Of a stretch of 64,000 nucleotides of DNA, positions 39,981 to 49,354 are shown piece after piece (position 1 is the stretch's first letter; each line of letters begins with the position of its first letter). The notes below the pieces were generated by a model that did no database searches, was not told the DNA's origin, and saw only the letters and a list, made by a program, of their open reading frames with translations. Position numbers and translations under genes: made by a program. The DNA comes from Patescibacteria group bacterium. GTDB lineage: Bacteria; Patescibacteriota; Patescibacteriia; SBBC01; CAIJZX01. The stretch spans positions 34,756 through 98,755 of the forward strand of contig JBBTRH010000002.1 of the NCBI GenBank assembly GCA_038065275.1. Direction: 5' to 3'.

Positions 39981-40636
39981 AGGATCTTCCAGGCCAGGAT
40001 ATTAATCATGATGCGAATCCCATCAATGACCGTCGTGCCCTTATACCGATCATGGTAGATGGTCGTGATCGGGACTTGAACGAAGGGTACATGATGTTTT
40101 CCGGTGTTGACGATCATCTCCGTTTCGACTGCGTACCGGGGTGACTGCCAAGCAATTTTCTCAAAGGCAGAAATCTTCAAAGCACGGAAACCGGATTGCG
40201 AGTCATCGACCTGGATTCGGTAGAGAACTTGCATGGCCTTCGTCAGGAGATGGTTCCCAGCCCGAGCGATCAACGGCATACGACCATGGAATTCTCTCAC
40301 CCCAAAAACTATTTCGGCCCGCTGTTCGAGTATCGGCCGAAGTAAACTGGGAATTTCCTTCGGGTCATGTTGACCATCAGCATCAATGAACACCACGGCC
40401 TCATAGCCATGGTCGATCGCCCACATCACTCCGGTTTTCAATGCTGCCCCCTTTCCCAGATTGATGGTGTGACGAAGAATTGTTATTGCGGGGTTACTGT
40501 CGAGCTGCTCCCGAAGTGGTTCGCGCGATCCATCATCAACGACCACGATGTGATCAACGAAGGGAAGTACTTCACGGTTGACACCCTGCAGCCGATCAAA
40601 TTCATTAAACGCCGGAATGATGGCGATGGTCTTCAT
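39977..40636 (-). CDS. GT2, polyprenol/dolichol-phosphate sugar synthase-like
   Basis: IPAFNE, DDGS, NLGKGAAL, DADGQH, DSQSGFRA. Confidence 0.9.
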   Translation of the reverse strand: MKTIAIIPAFNEFDRLQGVNREVLPFVDHIVVVDDGSREPLREQLDSNPAITILRHTINLGKGAALKTGVMWAIDHGYEAVVFIDADGQHDPKEIPSLLRPILEQRAEIVFGVREFHGRMPLIARAGNHLLTKAMQVLYRIQVDDSQSGFRALKISAFEKIAWQSPRYAVETEMIVNTGKHHVPFVQVPITTIYHDRYKGTTVIDGIRIMINILAWKIL

Positions 40637-41559
40637 AACGCGGTTTTCGCCCAGGCCCACGTTGTTCGTAAACCGTGATCAATGTGTACTTTCGGTTTCC
40701 ACGTTAGTTGTTTCCTTGCCAATGCCCACGATAACGAGCTCTTGGATACTTCGCCCGCTGGCGCCAAACGATGCTTGACCGGTAAGGTAATACCCGAAAC
40801 CTTCATCATGGTCCGGACCAGGTCGTTCACCGACGTCTGGACGGCCGTTCCGATATTGATCTGCCCACCGATCTGCGGATACTTCATGGCTAACAAATTT
40901 ACTTGCACGACGTCAGATACATGCACATAATCTCTCGTTTGCCGACCATGGCCAAAGATGATCGGCGGTTTCCCATGGAGTAGACGTTCGGCAAAAACAG
41001 CCACCACCCCTGCCTCGCCCTTCGGATCCTGACGCGGTCCATAGACATTAGCATACCTAAGCGAGACACTGTTTAGTCCCCGATTGAGGAGATAAAAATT
41101 CAAATATTGTTCGACGGTAAACTTGGCGATGCCGTACGGTGATTCCGGCCGCGGGGGTACTGTTTCGGGAGTCGGCCTGGGGACATTGTCACCGTACAAT
41201 GCGCCGCCGGTTGAAGAAAAAATGAATCTCTTCACGCCAAAGCGTCGGCTCTGTTCAATGACGTTGAGCGACCCGGCAATATTCACGTCCGCGTCGAACA
41301 ACGGATCATCGACCGACATCCGAACATTCTTTTGGGCGGCCAGGTGAAAGACGAATTGCGGACGGACGCGGCGGAAAACGTCCTTTATCCGCGGTGAGCG
41401 GATGTCTTTGCGGAAGAACTCAACACCGGCTGGCACATTCTGCCGTTTACCAGTGGACAGGTTGTCAACAACGGCCACCTTATGCCGCTTAGCAACTAGG
41501 GCATCGACCAGATGACTTCCTATGAAGCCGGCACCGCCGGTAACAAGAATGCGGGCCAT
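40633..41559 (-). CDS. galE: UDP-glucose 4-epimerase-like NAD-dependent epimerase
   Basis: TGGAGFIGSH, SSTGGALYG, YGIAK, YANVYGPRQDP.GEAGVV. Confidence 0.85.
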   Translation of the reverse strand: MARILVTGGAGFIGSHLVDALVAKRHKVAVVDNLSTGKRQNVPAGVEFFRKDIRSPRIKDVFRRVRPQFVFHLAAQKNVRMSVDDPLFDADVNIAGSLNVIEQSRRFGVKRFIFSSTGGALYGDNVPRPTPETVPPRPESPYGIAKFTVEQYLNFYLLNRGLNSVSLRYANVYGPRQDPKGEAGVVAVFAERLLHGKPPIIFGHGRQTRDYVHVSDVVQVNLLAMKYPQIGGQINIGTAVQTSVNDLVRTMMKVSGITLPVKHRLAPAGEVSKSSLSWALARKQLTWKPKVHIDHGLRTTWAWAKTAL

Positions 41560-41560
41560 G

Positions 41561-42595
41561 CTATCCTTGGTCTCCAAACCCGAGCGACGCGAGGCCGACC
41601 TGACGCAACCCCCGCATATAATCAATCGTCCGCCGCAGTCCTTCTTCCAGCGGCACCACCGGAAACCAACCCAGCAATTCGCGGGCCTGGCGGACGCTGG
41701 GGGTGGCTTGCTTGGCGTCGTACGGCAGGGGCGGCTCCATCCGGAAATCAGGCCGCGAACCGGTCAGGGCGACTACCTGTTCAGCGATTTGTCCGACGGT
41801 GTGCTCTTCCGGATGTCCGATATTGATCGGTCCGGGTTCTTTCGACGACATCATCCGCGTCAATCCTTCCAGCGCGTCGGAGACGAAACAGTAGGTCGCC
41901 ACGTCCTCTTTACTGCCATGAATGGCGATCGGCAGGTTCTTGATGGCCATGCCGATGAACTCCGGAATCATCCGCCCGTCGTTGAGCCGCATCCGCGGGC
42001 CGTAGGTGTTGAACAGGCGGACAATCTTCGCTTCCAATTTAAATCGCGTCCGATACGCGACGGTCAGGGCTTCGGCAAAACGTTTGCCTTCCTGGTACGG
42101 ACTGCGGACCCCGATCGGGTTAACGTAGCCGAAATAGTTTTCCGGGAACGGCGTTTTCTCGACCGGTTCGCCGTAGGTCGAGCCGCTCGAGACGAGTAAA
42201 AATTTCGCGCTGAACTGCTTCGTCAGGTCGAGGGCGTTTTTGGTGCCGAGGGCGTTCGCCAGGAGCGTTTCGACGGTCAGCCTGGTGTAATCCTTCGGCG
42301 ACGATGGCGAGGCCAGGTGGTAAATCTCCTGGACGCCCTGGAACGGCACCTGGAAGGCCTTCAGTTCGCGTAGGGCGGCCAGATCGATCGGTTCGGCCAT
42401 ATCGTGCCGGACAAACTCAAAGTTGGGATTGGACAGCAAATGGTGGATATTCTGTTCATCGCCGGTGCTGAAGTTGTCGATGCAAATGACCTTATGGCGC
42501 TGGACCAGGATGTCGCACAGGTGCGAGCCTAAAAACCCCGCCCCACCGGTAATTACTATATTCTTTTTTTCAAATGCGGCCGAGCGTGTAGCCAT
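41561..42595 (-). CDS. UDP-glucuronate decarboxylase-like (UXS) SDR
   Basis: TGGAGFLGSHLC, YHLASPSSP, VNPIGVRSPYQEGKR, FNTYGPRM..NDGR. Confidence 0.85.
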   Translation of the reverse strand: MATRSAAFEKKNIVITGGAGFLGSHLCDILVQRHKVICIDNFSTGDEQNIHHLLSNPNFEFVRHDMAEPIDLAALRELKAFQVPFQGVQEIYHLASPSSPKDYTRLTVETLLANALGTKNALDLTKQFSAKFLLVSSGSTYGEPVEKTPFPENYFGYVNPIGVRSPYQEGKRFAEALTVAYRTRFKLEAKIVRLFNTYGPRMRLNDGRMIPEFIGMAIKNLPIAIHGSKEDVATYCFVSDALEGLTRMMSSKEPGPINIGHPEEHTVGQIAEQVVALTGSRPDFRMEPPLPYDAKQATPSVRQARELLGWFPVVPLEEGLRRTIDYMRGLRQVGLASLGFGDQG

Positions 42596-42598
42596 AGT

Positions 42599-42700
42599 TT
42601 ATAGTGCTTTCTTGCTTGCTCCGTAGAACCGCGACCTGTGGTGAGCACAGCCGAACCAAGCGGTTTGTACGGGGTCGAACGCGGCTGATCGTTTTGCCAT
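42599..42700 (-). pseudogene. Orphan 5' end of the uxs gene (MAKRSAAFD...KKAL*) with an inserted IR element, forming a uORF
   Basis: Compare intact MATRSAAFEKKN; stop lies 3 nt before the intact ATG. Confidence 0.75.
42619..42674. mobile_element. Small IR element related to family A, with nested GTGAGCACAGCCGAACC motif
   Basis: Imperfect terminal IR ctccgtagaaccgc / gcggtttgtacgggg. Confidence 0.5.
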
Positions 42701-42714
42701 AGTTATTGCTGCTT

Positions 42715-42784
42715 CCCCCACCCCGGCTCCGCTCCGCTTCGCCACCCCTCCCTAATTAGGGAGGGGTCTCGCAGGGGGTGGGGG
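42715..42784. repeat. GC palindromic element, family C
   Basis: CCCCCACCCC/GGGGTGGGGG arms; perfect ACCCCTCCCTAATTAGGGAGGGGT palindrome. Confidence 0.75.
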
Positions 42785-42791
42785 TTAGCGG

Positions 42792-43496
42792 TCAAAATTT
42801 ATAATACCCCCGCAGTCTAAAGTAATGAATCTTTACCAGGTCGCCGAGCGTCGTCAGATAATCGGTCAAGCGCACCCGACTGCGCGGATCGTTCACCCAC
42901 CGCACCGGCACTTCCAGCATGCGGAATCCGGCCAGTCGGGCCAGAAACAGAATTTCGAAGTCGTATCCCCAGCGGTCCAGCCGTTGCTGTTGGAACAGGA
43001 CGCCGGTCCGGCGGTGGAACAATTTGAAGCCGCACTGCGTATCCTTAATGCCCGGCGCGGCCAGCAACTGGATTAATCCGTTGCCGAGCTGACCGAGCGT
43101 TTCCTTCCACCATGATTGGTGCTTTTCAACCTGCGCTCCGGCCGCGCGCCGCGACCCTAGAATAATTTCCGCTTCGTGGCGCCGGGACCACATTTTCTCG
43201 AGATCATCGATTGGCGTGGACAAATCGGCGTCGCACAGGTAGCGCCATTCCCCTTCGGCCGTGGCCATCCCCGTCCGCACCGCCGCGCCTTTGCCCATAT
43301 TCTTCGGCTGGCGGATGACCCGCACCGTCAACGGCGCCTGCTCGGCTACCCGATAGGTGGCATCGCTTGAGCCGTCATCGACGACCAGAACCTCGACCGA
43401 TCGCCCATCATGCTGCAGATACGCGGCGATTCGGCGGAGCGTGGCCGGCAACCGCTCGGCTTCGTTATAGGCCGGGATGACGATGGACAAGTCCAT
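42792..43496 (-). CDS. Dolichyl/polyprenyl-phosphate beta-glucosyltransferase-like GT2
   Basis: SIVIPAYNE, GKGAAVRTG, DADLSTP, DTQCGFKLF, W.YDFE. Confidence 0.9.
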   Translation of the reverse strand: MDLSIVIPAYNEAERLPATLRRIAAYLQHDGRSVEVLVVDDGSSDATYRVAEQAPLTVRVIRQPKNMGKGAAVRTGMATAEGEWRYLCDADLSTPIDDLEKMWSRRHEAEIILGSRRAAGAQVEKHQSWWKETLGQLGNGLIQLLAAPGIKDTQCGFKLFHRRTGVLFQQQRLDRWGYDFEILFLARLAGFRMLEVPVRWVNDPRSRVRLTDYLTTLGDLVKIHYFRLRGYYKF

Positions 43497-43549
43497 GGGG
43501 AACTACACAAAATCAGACGATAGGGCAAGTCTACTATACTGAAAAAGAG

Positions 43550-44152
43550 CTATCCTGGCAAGCCGGCGGGCGGGTGTCGGAAGGTCCAGAATCTGGTTCC
43601 GCCGTAGTTCCAGCCGATCACGATCGCGATCGCCAGGGCTTTAGCTACAAGCTGGTGGAGTTGGAAACGGTCCACAAAAACGTACAGGATCAGCTCGCTC
43701 AGCCCCAAGCCGATGACGTAGACCGTCAGGTACTTGGCCGCCTCGCCGGCCCAGCCGTGGTGGCGGCTTTGGAAGGTCCAGCGCCGGTTGAGGATGAAAC
43801 TGCTCGTGACGGCGATGCTGAAGGAGAGGATGTTGGCCAGCAGATAATGGATGCCCAGCAACGAGGTGAAGATGCTGAAGAGCGCGTAATCGATAAAGGT
43901 GTTCAAGGCGCCGACCAGGCCGAATTTGAGGAACTGTTTGACCAGCGGACGCTCGGCAATCAGCGGATGGTGGCCGACGGCGGAGATGAAGCTCCGCGGG
44001 CTTCGACCTACGGTAGGTTCTTGGGGCGGAGCCGCGTAGAAGCGAAGCGCTTTACGCGGCGGAGCGCCCGACAGAGACGGGTCAGGCTTTGCCTGAGAAT
44101 CCGCCGAAGCCCCGAGCAAAGTCGAGGGGCGAAGGTGGATAATGCGGCGCAT
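43550..44152 (-). CDS. GtrA family flippase-like protein
   Basis: QFLKFGLVGALNT, SFILNRRWTF, WNY...RFWTF. Confidence 0.9.
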   Translation of the reverse strand: MRRIIHLRPSTLLGASADSQAKPDPSLSGAPPRKALRFYAAPPQEPTVGRSPRSFISAVGHHPLIAERPLVKQFLKFGLVGALNTFIDYALFSIFTSLLGIHYLLANILSFSIAVTSSFILNRRWTFQSRHHGWAGEAAKYLTVYVIGLGLSELILYVFVDRFQLHQLVAKALAIAIVIGWNYGGTRFWTFRHPPAGLPG

Positions 44153-44154
44153 GG

Positions 44155-46581
44155 TTAGAGCCGGCTTAACGAGTTGGCGGCGGTCGAGGGCACGGTCAGG
44201 CGCTGGAGCAGTTTCCCGGCGGCCGTCCAGCGCTGAATGGTCATCGGGCCGCTCCGCGGCGCGGTCAGGAGTTCAACCAATCCGTCGCCGTCCAGGTCGA
44301 TGGCTTGGAGGTCAAGACTTCCGGCCCCGGTCAGGCCCTTGATTTTCCACGACCGGAGTTCAACGCCGGTGGCGGACAGCACTAGGATCTTGGCTAATTT
44401 AATCGCCACGTTCGGCGTGGCCATGATTTCCGCCCGGCCGTCACCGTCGGTATCGCCGGCCGTCACCGACCAGCCTTGCTTGAAGGTCGGTCCGCGCGGC
44501 GTGAAGGTGGCGGTTCGTTGCCGCCGCGCGTCGTAGACGCGGATGTCCGCCCCGGCCGTTTGAGCCGCGATCAGCTCATCGTTTCCGTCGCCGTCCAGGT
44601 CGCCGGCGGCGATATCCAGGCCGCGACGGTAGGCGCCGTAGACGAGATTGCGCCCGGTCAGCTTGCCGGCGGTAGTGTACCAGGCCAGGCTGGCGCCGTT
44701 GGTGGCCGTGGCGGCTACGAACCGCGACGTCCCGTCGGCCAGTTGCAGGACGGCGGTATTGATGGTGCCGTTGAACTTAGCTCCGAACGGCTGGACTGAA
44801 CCCAACCGCCGGCCGCTGGTGTCGGTGATGGTGACGGTCGGGCCTTGCGGTTGCGCCGTCACCAGCAACCGATTGCTCTGGTCGGTCGCCAGCACGCCGC
44901 CAGCCACCGTAAACGACGGCGCGGCAATGCGCGGTTGCAAGACGCGCACCGGTTTCGCGGCCGACCCGTAGAGGGTGATGGTGGTGCCGGTGCTGGCCAC
45001 GATCAGCGGCGGACGATAGCGGTAGGTAAAGGTCGATGGCGCGGACGTCCGGCTGACTGCGTCGACCGTCGCGACCACCAGGTTATAGACGCCGGCCGAT
45101 GACAGCTTCGGCTGGTAGGTGGTGGCTGTTTGTCGGCTTTGTTTGACCACGGTTGAGCCGCGGCGCCAGGTGACGTTGTAGACCGCGCCGACCGGACCCG
45201 ACCAGGTGAAGACCGGGTTGATGTACGGCGCCGGCCGCTGGGATACTAATGGCAATCGCGCGGTGGCGCTGGCCGTGCCGCTGATGGCGCTCGGCGGAGA
45301 CGGGACGGTATTTTGGCAACCGGCGGCGTTCAGGGCGGCGGCGGCATCGATCAGGCCGTAGCCGGACTGATCATCGCGACCGGCGGGGCTGAGATCTTGG
45401 GCGGTGGATGTCAGGATGGTCCGCACACTGCCCGCCACCGCCCCGCACGACTCCAGCAGGGCCGCCACGCCGCTGACGTGAGCCGCGGCCTGAGACGTCC
45501 CGACATAGAACATCGTGTTGAACGATGCACAGGCGGCATCAACGCAGGTTTGGGACGGAATTCCGTCCGGCTGTCCGTCGGCGTTTTGATCGAGGGAAAT
45601 ATTGCCGCCCGGCGCGACCAGGTCGAGCGTCGAGCCGTAATTGCTGTACGGGGCGCGGGTCAGGTCAACTTGCACGGCGCCGACGCCAATGACCTCGGAG
45701 TAACGGGCCGGGTAGGTCACCGCGCCGGCCCCGCTGTTACCCGCCGCTCCGACCACCACCACGCCTTGCTGGACCGCCGTTTGAATGGCTTGGTGAAAAA
45801 TCGGGTCGTCCTGGTCGCCGCCGAGACTGAGGTTGATGATATTGGCTCCGTGTTTGACCGCGTAGTTGACGGCGGCCGTCAAGGTCGCGGTGGAGCCGTC
45901 GCCGTTGTCATCAAGCACCTTGAGGGGCATGATCGTCACGTTGGCGGCGATGCCGGCCGTGGCCACCGCGTTATTCGTGGTCGCGGTGATGATGCTGGAA
46001 ATGTGCGTCCCGTGGCCGTTATCGTCGGCCGGCGCAGCGTCATTGCTAACAAAGTTCCAGCCGTGGACATCATCGACGTATCCATTGCCGTCGTTATCAA
46101 TTCCGTCGCCGGCAATTTCTCCCGGATTTGTCCAGACGGCGCCGGAGGCGATGTCCGGAACGGATTTGGCGCCGCCGACGAGAGTCGAGGCCAAACCGGT
46201 ATCAAGCACCGCCACCACAATGTGCGGGTCCCCGCCGTAGAGCGGCGGGGTTTGGTCGGCGTCCCAGGCGGCGGGAACATGGATGACGTTCAGATTCCAT
46301 TGCAACGGAAACTGGGGATCATTCGGCGTGAACAAGGCCCGATAGATGACGTTCGGCTGGAGGGTCCGTCGTTCCGGGATAGTGAGCGTCCCGCCTTCGG
46401 CCGGCGACGTCAGGCGGCGTAACTGCGACAGGCCGGCGATCGCCGTACCCGGCGGCGGCGTCAGATTCGACCCGGGGGAACGCTGAACGCGATAGAGGAG
46501 ATCAATCTCTTGCGCCCCTGCCGGTTGACCGGCGAGTCCCAGGCCGATGACCGCCACCGCGATCAGCCACCCCCGCGTCAT
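44155..46581 (-). CDS. Secreted S8 subtilase with C-terminal FG-GAP-like repeats
   Basis: Signal peptide; VAVLDTG, NGHGTH, AAGN, GTSQAA; GDLDGDG..E repeats. Confidence 0.92.
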   Translation of the reverse strand: MTRGWLIAVAVIGLGLAGQPAGAQEIDLLYRVQRSPGSNLTPPPGTAIAGLSQLRRLTSPAEGGTLTIPERRTLQPNVIYRALFTPNDPQFPLQWNLNVIHVPAAWDADQTPPLYGGDPHIVVAVLDTGLASTLVGGAKSVPDIASGAVWTNPGEIAGDGIDNDGNGYVDDVHGWNFVSNDAAPADDNGHGTHISSIITATTNNAVATAGIAANVTIMPLKVLDDNGDGSTATLTAAVNYAVKHGANIINLSLGGDQDDPIFHQAIQTAVQQGVVVVGAAGNSGAGAVTYPARYSEVIGVGAVQVDLTRAPYSNYGSTLDLVAPGGNISLDQNADGQPDGIPSQTCVDAACASFNTMFYVGTSQAAAHVSGVAALLESCGAVAGSVRTILTSTAQDLSPAGRDDQSGYGLIDAAAALNAAGCQNTVPSPPSAISGTASATARLPLVSQRPAPYINPVFTWSGPVGAVYNVTWRRGSTVVKQSRQTATTYQPKLSSAGVYNLVVATVDAVSRTSAPSTFTYRYRPPLIVASTGTTITLYGSAAKPVRVLQPRIAAPSFTVAGGVLATDQSNRLLVTAQPQGPTVTITDTSGRRLGSVQPFGAKFNGTINTAVLQLADGTSRFVAATATNGASLAWYTTAGKLTGRNLVYGAYRRGLDIAAGDLDGDGNDELIAAQTAGADIRVYDARRQRTATFTPRGPTFKQGWSVTAGDTDGDGRAEIMATPNVAIKLAKILVLSATGVELRSWKIKGLTGAGSLDLQAIDLDGDGLVELLTAPRSGPMTIQRWTAAGKLLQRLTVPSTAANSLSRL

Positions 46582-47732
46582 GTCCCCGACGATCCAAGTT
46601 TCACGCGGACGGTTTTTTCCTGGTCTTGACGACGATACGTCACCTTAACTTCATCACCGGGACGGTGGGTGGCCAGGGTTTTGAAGAGCGTCTCGGCGGG
46701 CGGTTGGCCGTCGATGGTCAGCAGGATGTCGCCGGACTGCATTCCGGCCCGATCGGCCGGACCTTTGGGGGTGACGGCCGTTTGACCCTCATCCGCGCCG
46801 ACTAAAAAACCGGCCGCGGTCGGATCTCCGGAGACCGTGGCCATCGATCGGTTGATGGCCCGCACGCCGAACACCGGCCGGGTCGCGGCGCCGGTTTGGA
46901 CGATCTGCTTCAAGACGCTCTCCAGGGCCTCGACCGACCAGACCCGACTGTCGCTCCCCAGCAGTCCGACCATCCGTCCGTCGCCGTCGACGATGGCCGA
47001 GCCGATGGGCAGGGCCACGGGCGCGTCCAGCGACCAGGTCGTTTCTTGGCGATCGCTTGACAACCAGCGCGGGGCGGTCGCCCGACCGAGTTGGCGCGGG
47101 AAGGCCGCCTCCGCCGTGACCGCCCAGACGCGGACGCCGGGTTTCAGACTGCCGGCCGGGGCCAGCGCCAGCGGCTGATTGCTCAAATCGGTTGACCTCA
47201 AAAAAATGAACGGCGTGGCCGGGTCGTTGACGGTCGCGGTCACCGCTTGCGACTGGCCGACGCGAGGGACGATGACCAGGCTTTTGACGTCCGCCGGCCA
47301 GGCGCCGCTGATTGTCAACAGCCAGCCGCTACTGCTTAGCGGCCAGGCGTATCCCGCGGCGTCGCCGGGCAGATAGACGCCGCGCTCGCCAAGATTACGG
47401 CTGACAGCGTAGGCCGAATCGGTGACGGTCTGCACCGCCACTGGCACCGTGGCCAGGTCTTTGTCCCGCGCCGATTGGACCACGGTGGTCGTGGTGGTCG
47501 AGGTAAACGGCACGAAGCGGGCGACCCGGGCGGTCGGGAAGCGATGGACGTACCAGCCCAGGGCAACAATGACGACGACGTTAACCACCAGCCCGACCAG
47601 AACCATGACCGCGATGATTCTGGCCCATGGCGTACGCGGCGGCTGTTGAAGTTGGCCGCTCTGCCAGACCGTCGCCACGGTATCATGGGGCGCGTTGGCG
47701 GCCGGTGAGGTTGGCGCGATTCGTGCTTTCAT
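46578..47732 (-). CDS. HtrA-like trypsin-fold + PDZ protein with degenerate catalytic motifs
   Basis: TM anchor; LSSSGWLLT, GSAIVDGDGRMVGL, GPADRAGMQSGDILL PDZ. Confidence 0.75.
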   Translation of the reverse strand: MKARIAPTSPAANAPHDTVATVWQSGQLQQPPRTPWARIIAVMVLVGLVVNVVVIVALGWYVHRFPTARVARFVPFTSTTTTTVVQSARDKDLATVPVAVQTVTDSAYAVSRNLGERGVYLPGDAAGYAWPLSSSGWLLTISGAWPADVKSLVIVPRVGQSQAVTATVNDPATPFIFLRSTDLSNQPLALAPAGSLKPGVRVWAVTAEAAFPRQLGRATAPRWLSSDRQETTWSLDAPVALPIGSAIVDGDGRMVGLLGSDSRVWSVEALESVLKQIVQTGAATRPVFGVRAINRSMATVSGDPTAAGFLVGADEGQTAVTPKGPADRAGMQSGDILLTIDGQPPAETLFKTLATHRPGDEVKVTYRRQDQEKTVRVKLGSSGT

Positions 47733-47737
47733 CACCT

Positions 47738-48508
47738 TTAGATCCAACGAGCGGTGGCCAGGGTGAGCAGGATGACCACCGAACCAACTAGCAGGTATCG
47801 CCGCGACCGTCCGGCTTCCCAGTGCCCGGCCCACAAGTGACGACTGGCTTGAATGACTAAGGCGTTGACGGTGGCGGCCAGGACGCTACCGACGATGATG
47901 CTCGTCGGCAACCACCAGGTGACCAGCCAAAGTTCCGCCCCGAACCAGACCATGGCCAGCAAGCCCCAGCGGCAAGGTCGCAGGTTGAGCCCTGATTCAA
48001 GCCAGACCAGCAGGGCCGCGGCTCCGGTCATCGCCCCGGCGCCCATGACCAGCCAGGTCAGCTGAATATTCAAGTAGATGCTGGCACTCAGCAGGCTGTA
48101 CCAGCCGAACCAAATCAAGACCGCGGTGGTCAAGGCCATGGTGCGGCCGCGTCGACTGTCATGCGGACGCTGGCGCTGGCGGCCGGTCAGCCATAGTAAC
48201 CCGACGCTGACCAGGGCAACGGTATGTTGCGGCCAAGGACCGGAGACGAAACTAAATACGGCGATCGTCGTCACCACGATCAAGCCGGTGGCCAGGCTGG
48301 CCACGTTCGTCGAGCTTCGGCGCCGCCACCGCCAGGCCGACTGCCCGATCAGCCACAAGGCCAGGACACCGACGATCATCAGTCCGATCCGATGATAACG
48401 AATGGCCATCTCCAACCCGGCCAACCACGCCGCGACCTCAAAGTACAGCGTCCCGGGGATGCCTGAGGGTCGATGAGCTGGCGATGCGGGGACCACTTCC
48501 ATGCTCAT
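47738..48508 (-). CDS. Polytopic membrane protein
   Basis: About 8 TM; WWLPT, C-terminal TARW. Confidence 0.7.
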   Translation of the reverse strand: MSMEVVPASPAHRPSGIPGTLYFEVAAWLAGLEMAIRYHRIGLMIVGVLALWLIGQSAWRWRRRSSTNVASLATGLIVVTTIAVFSFVSGPWPQHTVALVSVGLLWLTGRQRQRPHDSRRGRTMALTTAVLIWFGWYSLLSASIYLNIQLTWLVMGAGAMTGAAALLVWLESGLNLRPCRWGLLAMVWFGAELWLVTWWLPTSIIVGSVLAATVNALVIQASRHLWAGHWEAGRSRRYLLVGSVVILLTLATARWI

Positions 48509-48532
48509 TTGATGCTACCAAAAAACTGCCGT

Positions 48533-48705
48533 CCTGACAACCGTCATGGCGTCAATTGATCGGGGGACCAGTCGAGCCGCGAGCGTTGAGCTCCCGTAGC
48601 AGTGAACACCTGGTGAGGATGTTGTCGTCACTGCTAGTGAGTTCCGGCCTTCGAGGTTTCTGGCCCGGGCCCTGATCCTCCGGTCAATGAACGCGCGGTC
48701 GGGTA
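48533..48705 (-). ncRNA. Structured ncRNA candidate, 6S RNA-like rod
   Basis: Nested stems (TAGCAGTGA/TCACTGCTA, GAGCTC/GAGTTC, GATCGGG/CCTGATC) with internal bubbles; promoter upstream, T-run downstream. Confidence 0.45.
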
Positions 48706-48766
48706 TACACGAAACGGCCTGGCCCGCAAATGCGGCAGGCAAGTGTCGAAAGTGAACTATGTCTTC

Positions 48767-48795
48767 ACCGTACGTCCAGGTTACACGACTGTCAA
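48767..48795 (-). promoter_or_regulatory. Promoter upstream of the ncRNA candidate
   Basis: TTGACA-17-TACGGT. Confidence 0.55.
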
Positions 48796-48968
48796 GTCTC
48801 CAGTTGTGCACAGGCGATGTTTTTTTACGACGTCAACTCGTTGATCGAAAATCGGTTGCTGTGCCTATGCTATCATAGTTATCATATTTGCGTCGCACAA
48901 TACTTTTGTTATCCACATTCCTAATTTTTTCTTTAGATGGCAATAATTACAATGTCGAGCCCGCCGTA

Positions 48969-49074
48969 GACCAGCCCCACTTTGGTCGGTTTAATTTTTT
49001 TGGCAAAGTAAATGTCCAGTCGCAGTAACGTCATAAAGAAGATTAACTGCTTTATTGCCAAAGTGGCGCTGGTC
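48969..49074. mobile_element. MITE-like element, family B (CCAGC.CCACTTTGG...CCAAAGTGG.GCTGG)
   Basis: 17-bp IR with one mismatch, AT-rich core; same ends at 61138. Confidence 0.65.
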
Positions 49075-49114
49075 GCAAGTGGAATATGTCGGTTCAAAAT
49101 AATTTCCGGATACC

Positions 49115-49140
49115 AAAACCAGCCCGATTAAGAGCTGGTC
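49115..49140 (-). terminator. Intrinsic terminator of the CxxC gene
   Basis: CCAGCTC/GGGCTGG stem + TTTT on minus strand. Confidence 0.55.
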
Positions 49141-49153
49141 GTGGTTTAAATCC

Positions 49154-49354
49154 TTAGTAGCGGCGCGGGGCGTCGCCGAACGCTTTGCGTTGCGGCTTGT
49201 GCTCGCGGCAGTACACCGGACGCTGGGGGGTCCCGTCGGGATTCATGGCCGGTTGGAACGGGAGCTCGGTGATGGCCGTGCCGCAGGTGGCACAGGTCAA
49301 ATTCAGCGAGGTCACGTCGATCATCGGCCGGGGACCGCCTTGGTTGTAATCCAT
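49154..49354 (-). CDS. CxxC-x17-CxxC zinc-ribbon protein
   Basis: CATCG...ELPFQP......RPVYCREH. Confidence 0.85.
   Translation of the reverse strand: MDYNQGGPRPMIDVTSLNLTCATCGTAITELPFQPAMNPDGTPQRPVYCREHKPQRKAFGDAPRRY

Noticed and set aside
45313-46422. Long antisense ORFs (e.g. 45313..46422, 41522..42199, 57652..58356)
   Set aside because: Shadows of GC-rich genes on the opposite strand with no recognisable motifs
48909-48917. DnaA box TTATCCACA in an AT-rich spacer as oriC
   Set aside because: Only one perfect box and no dnaA/dnaN nearby; skew cannot be assessed from this window
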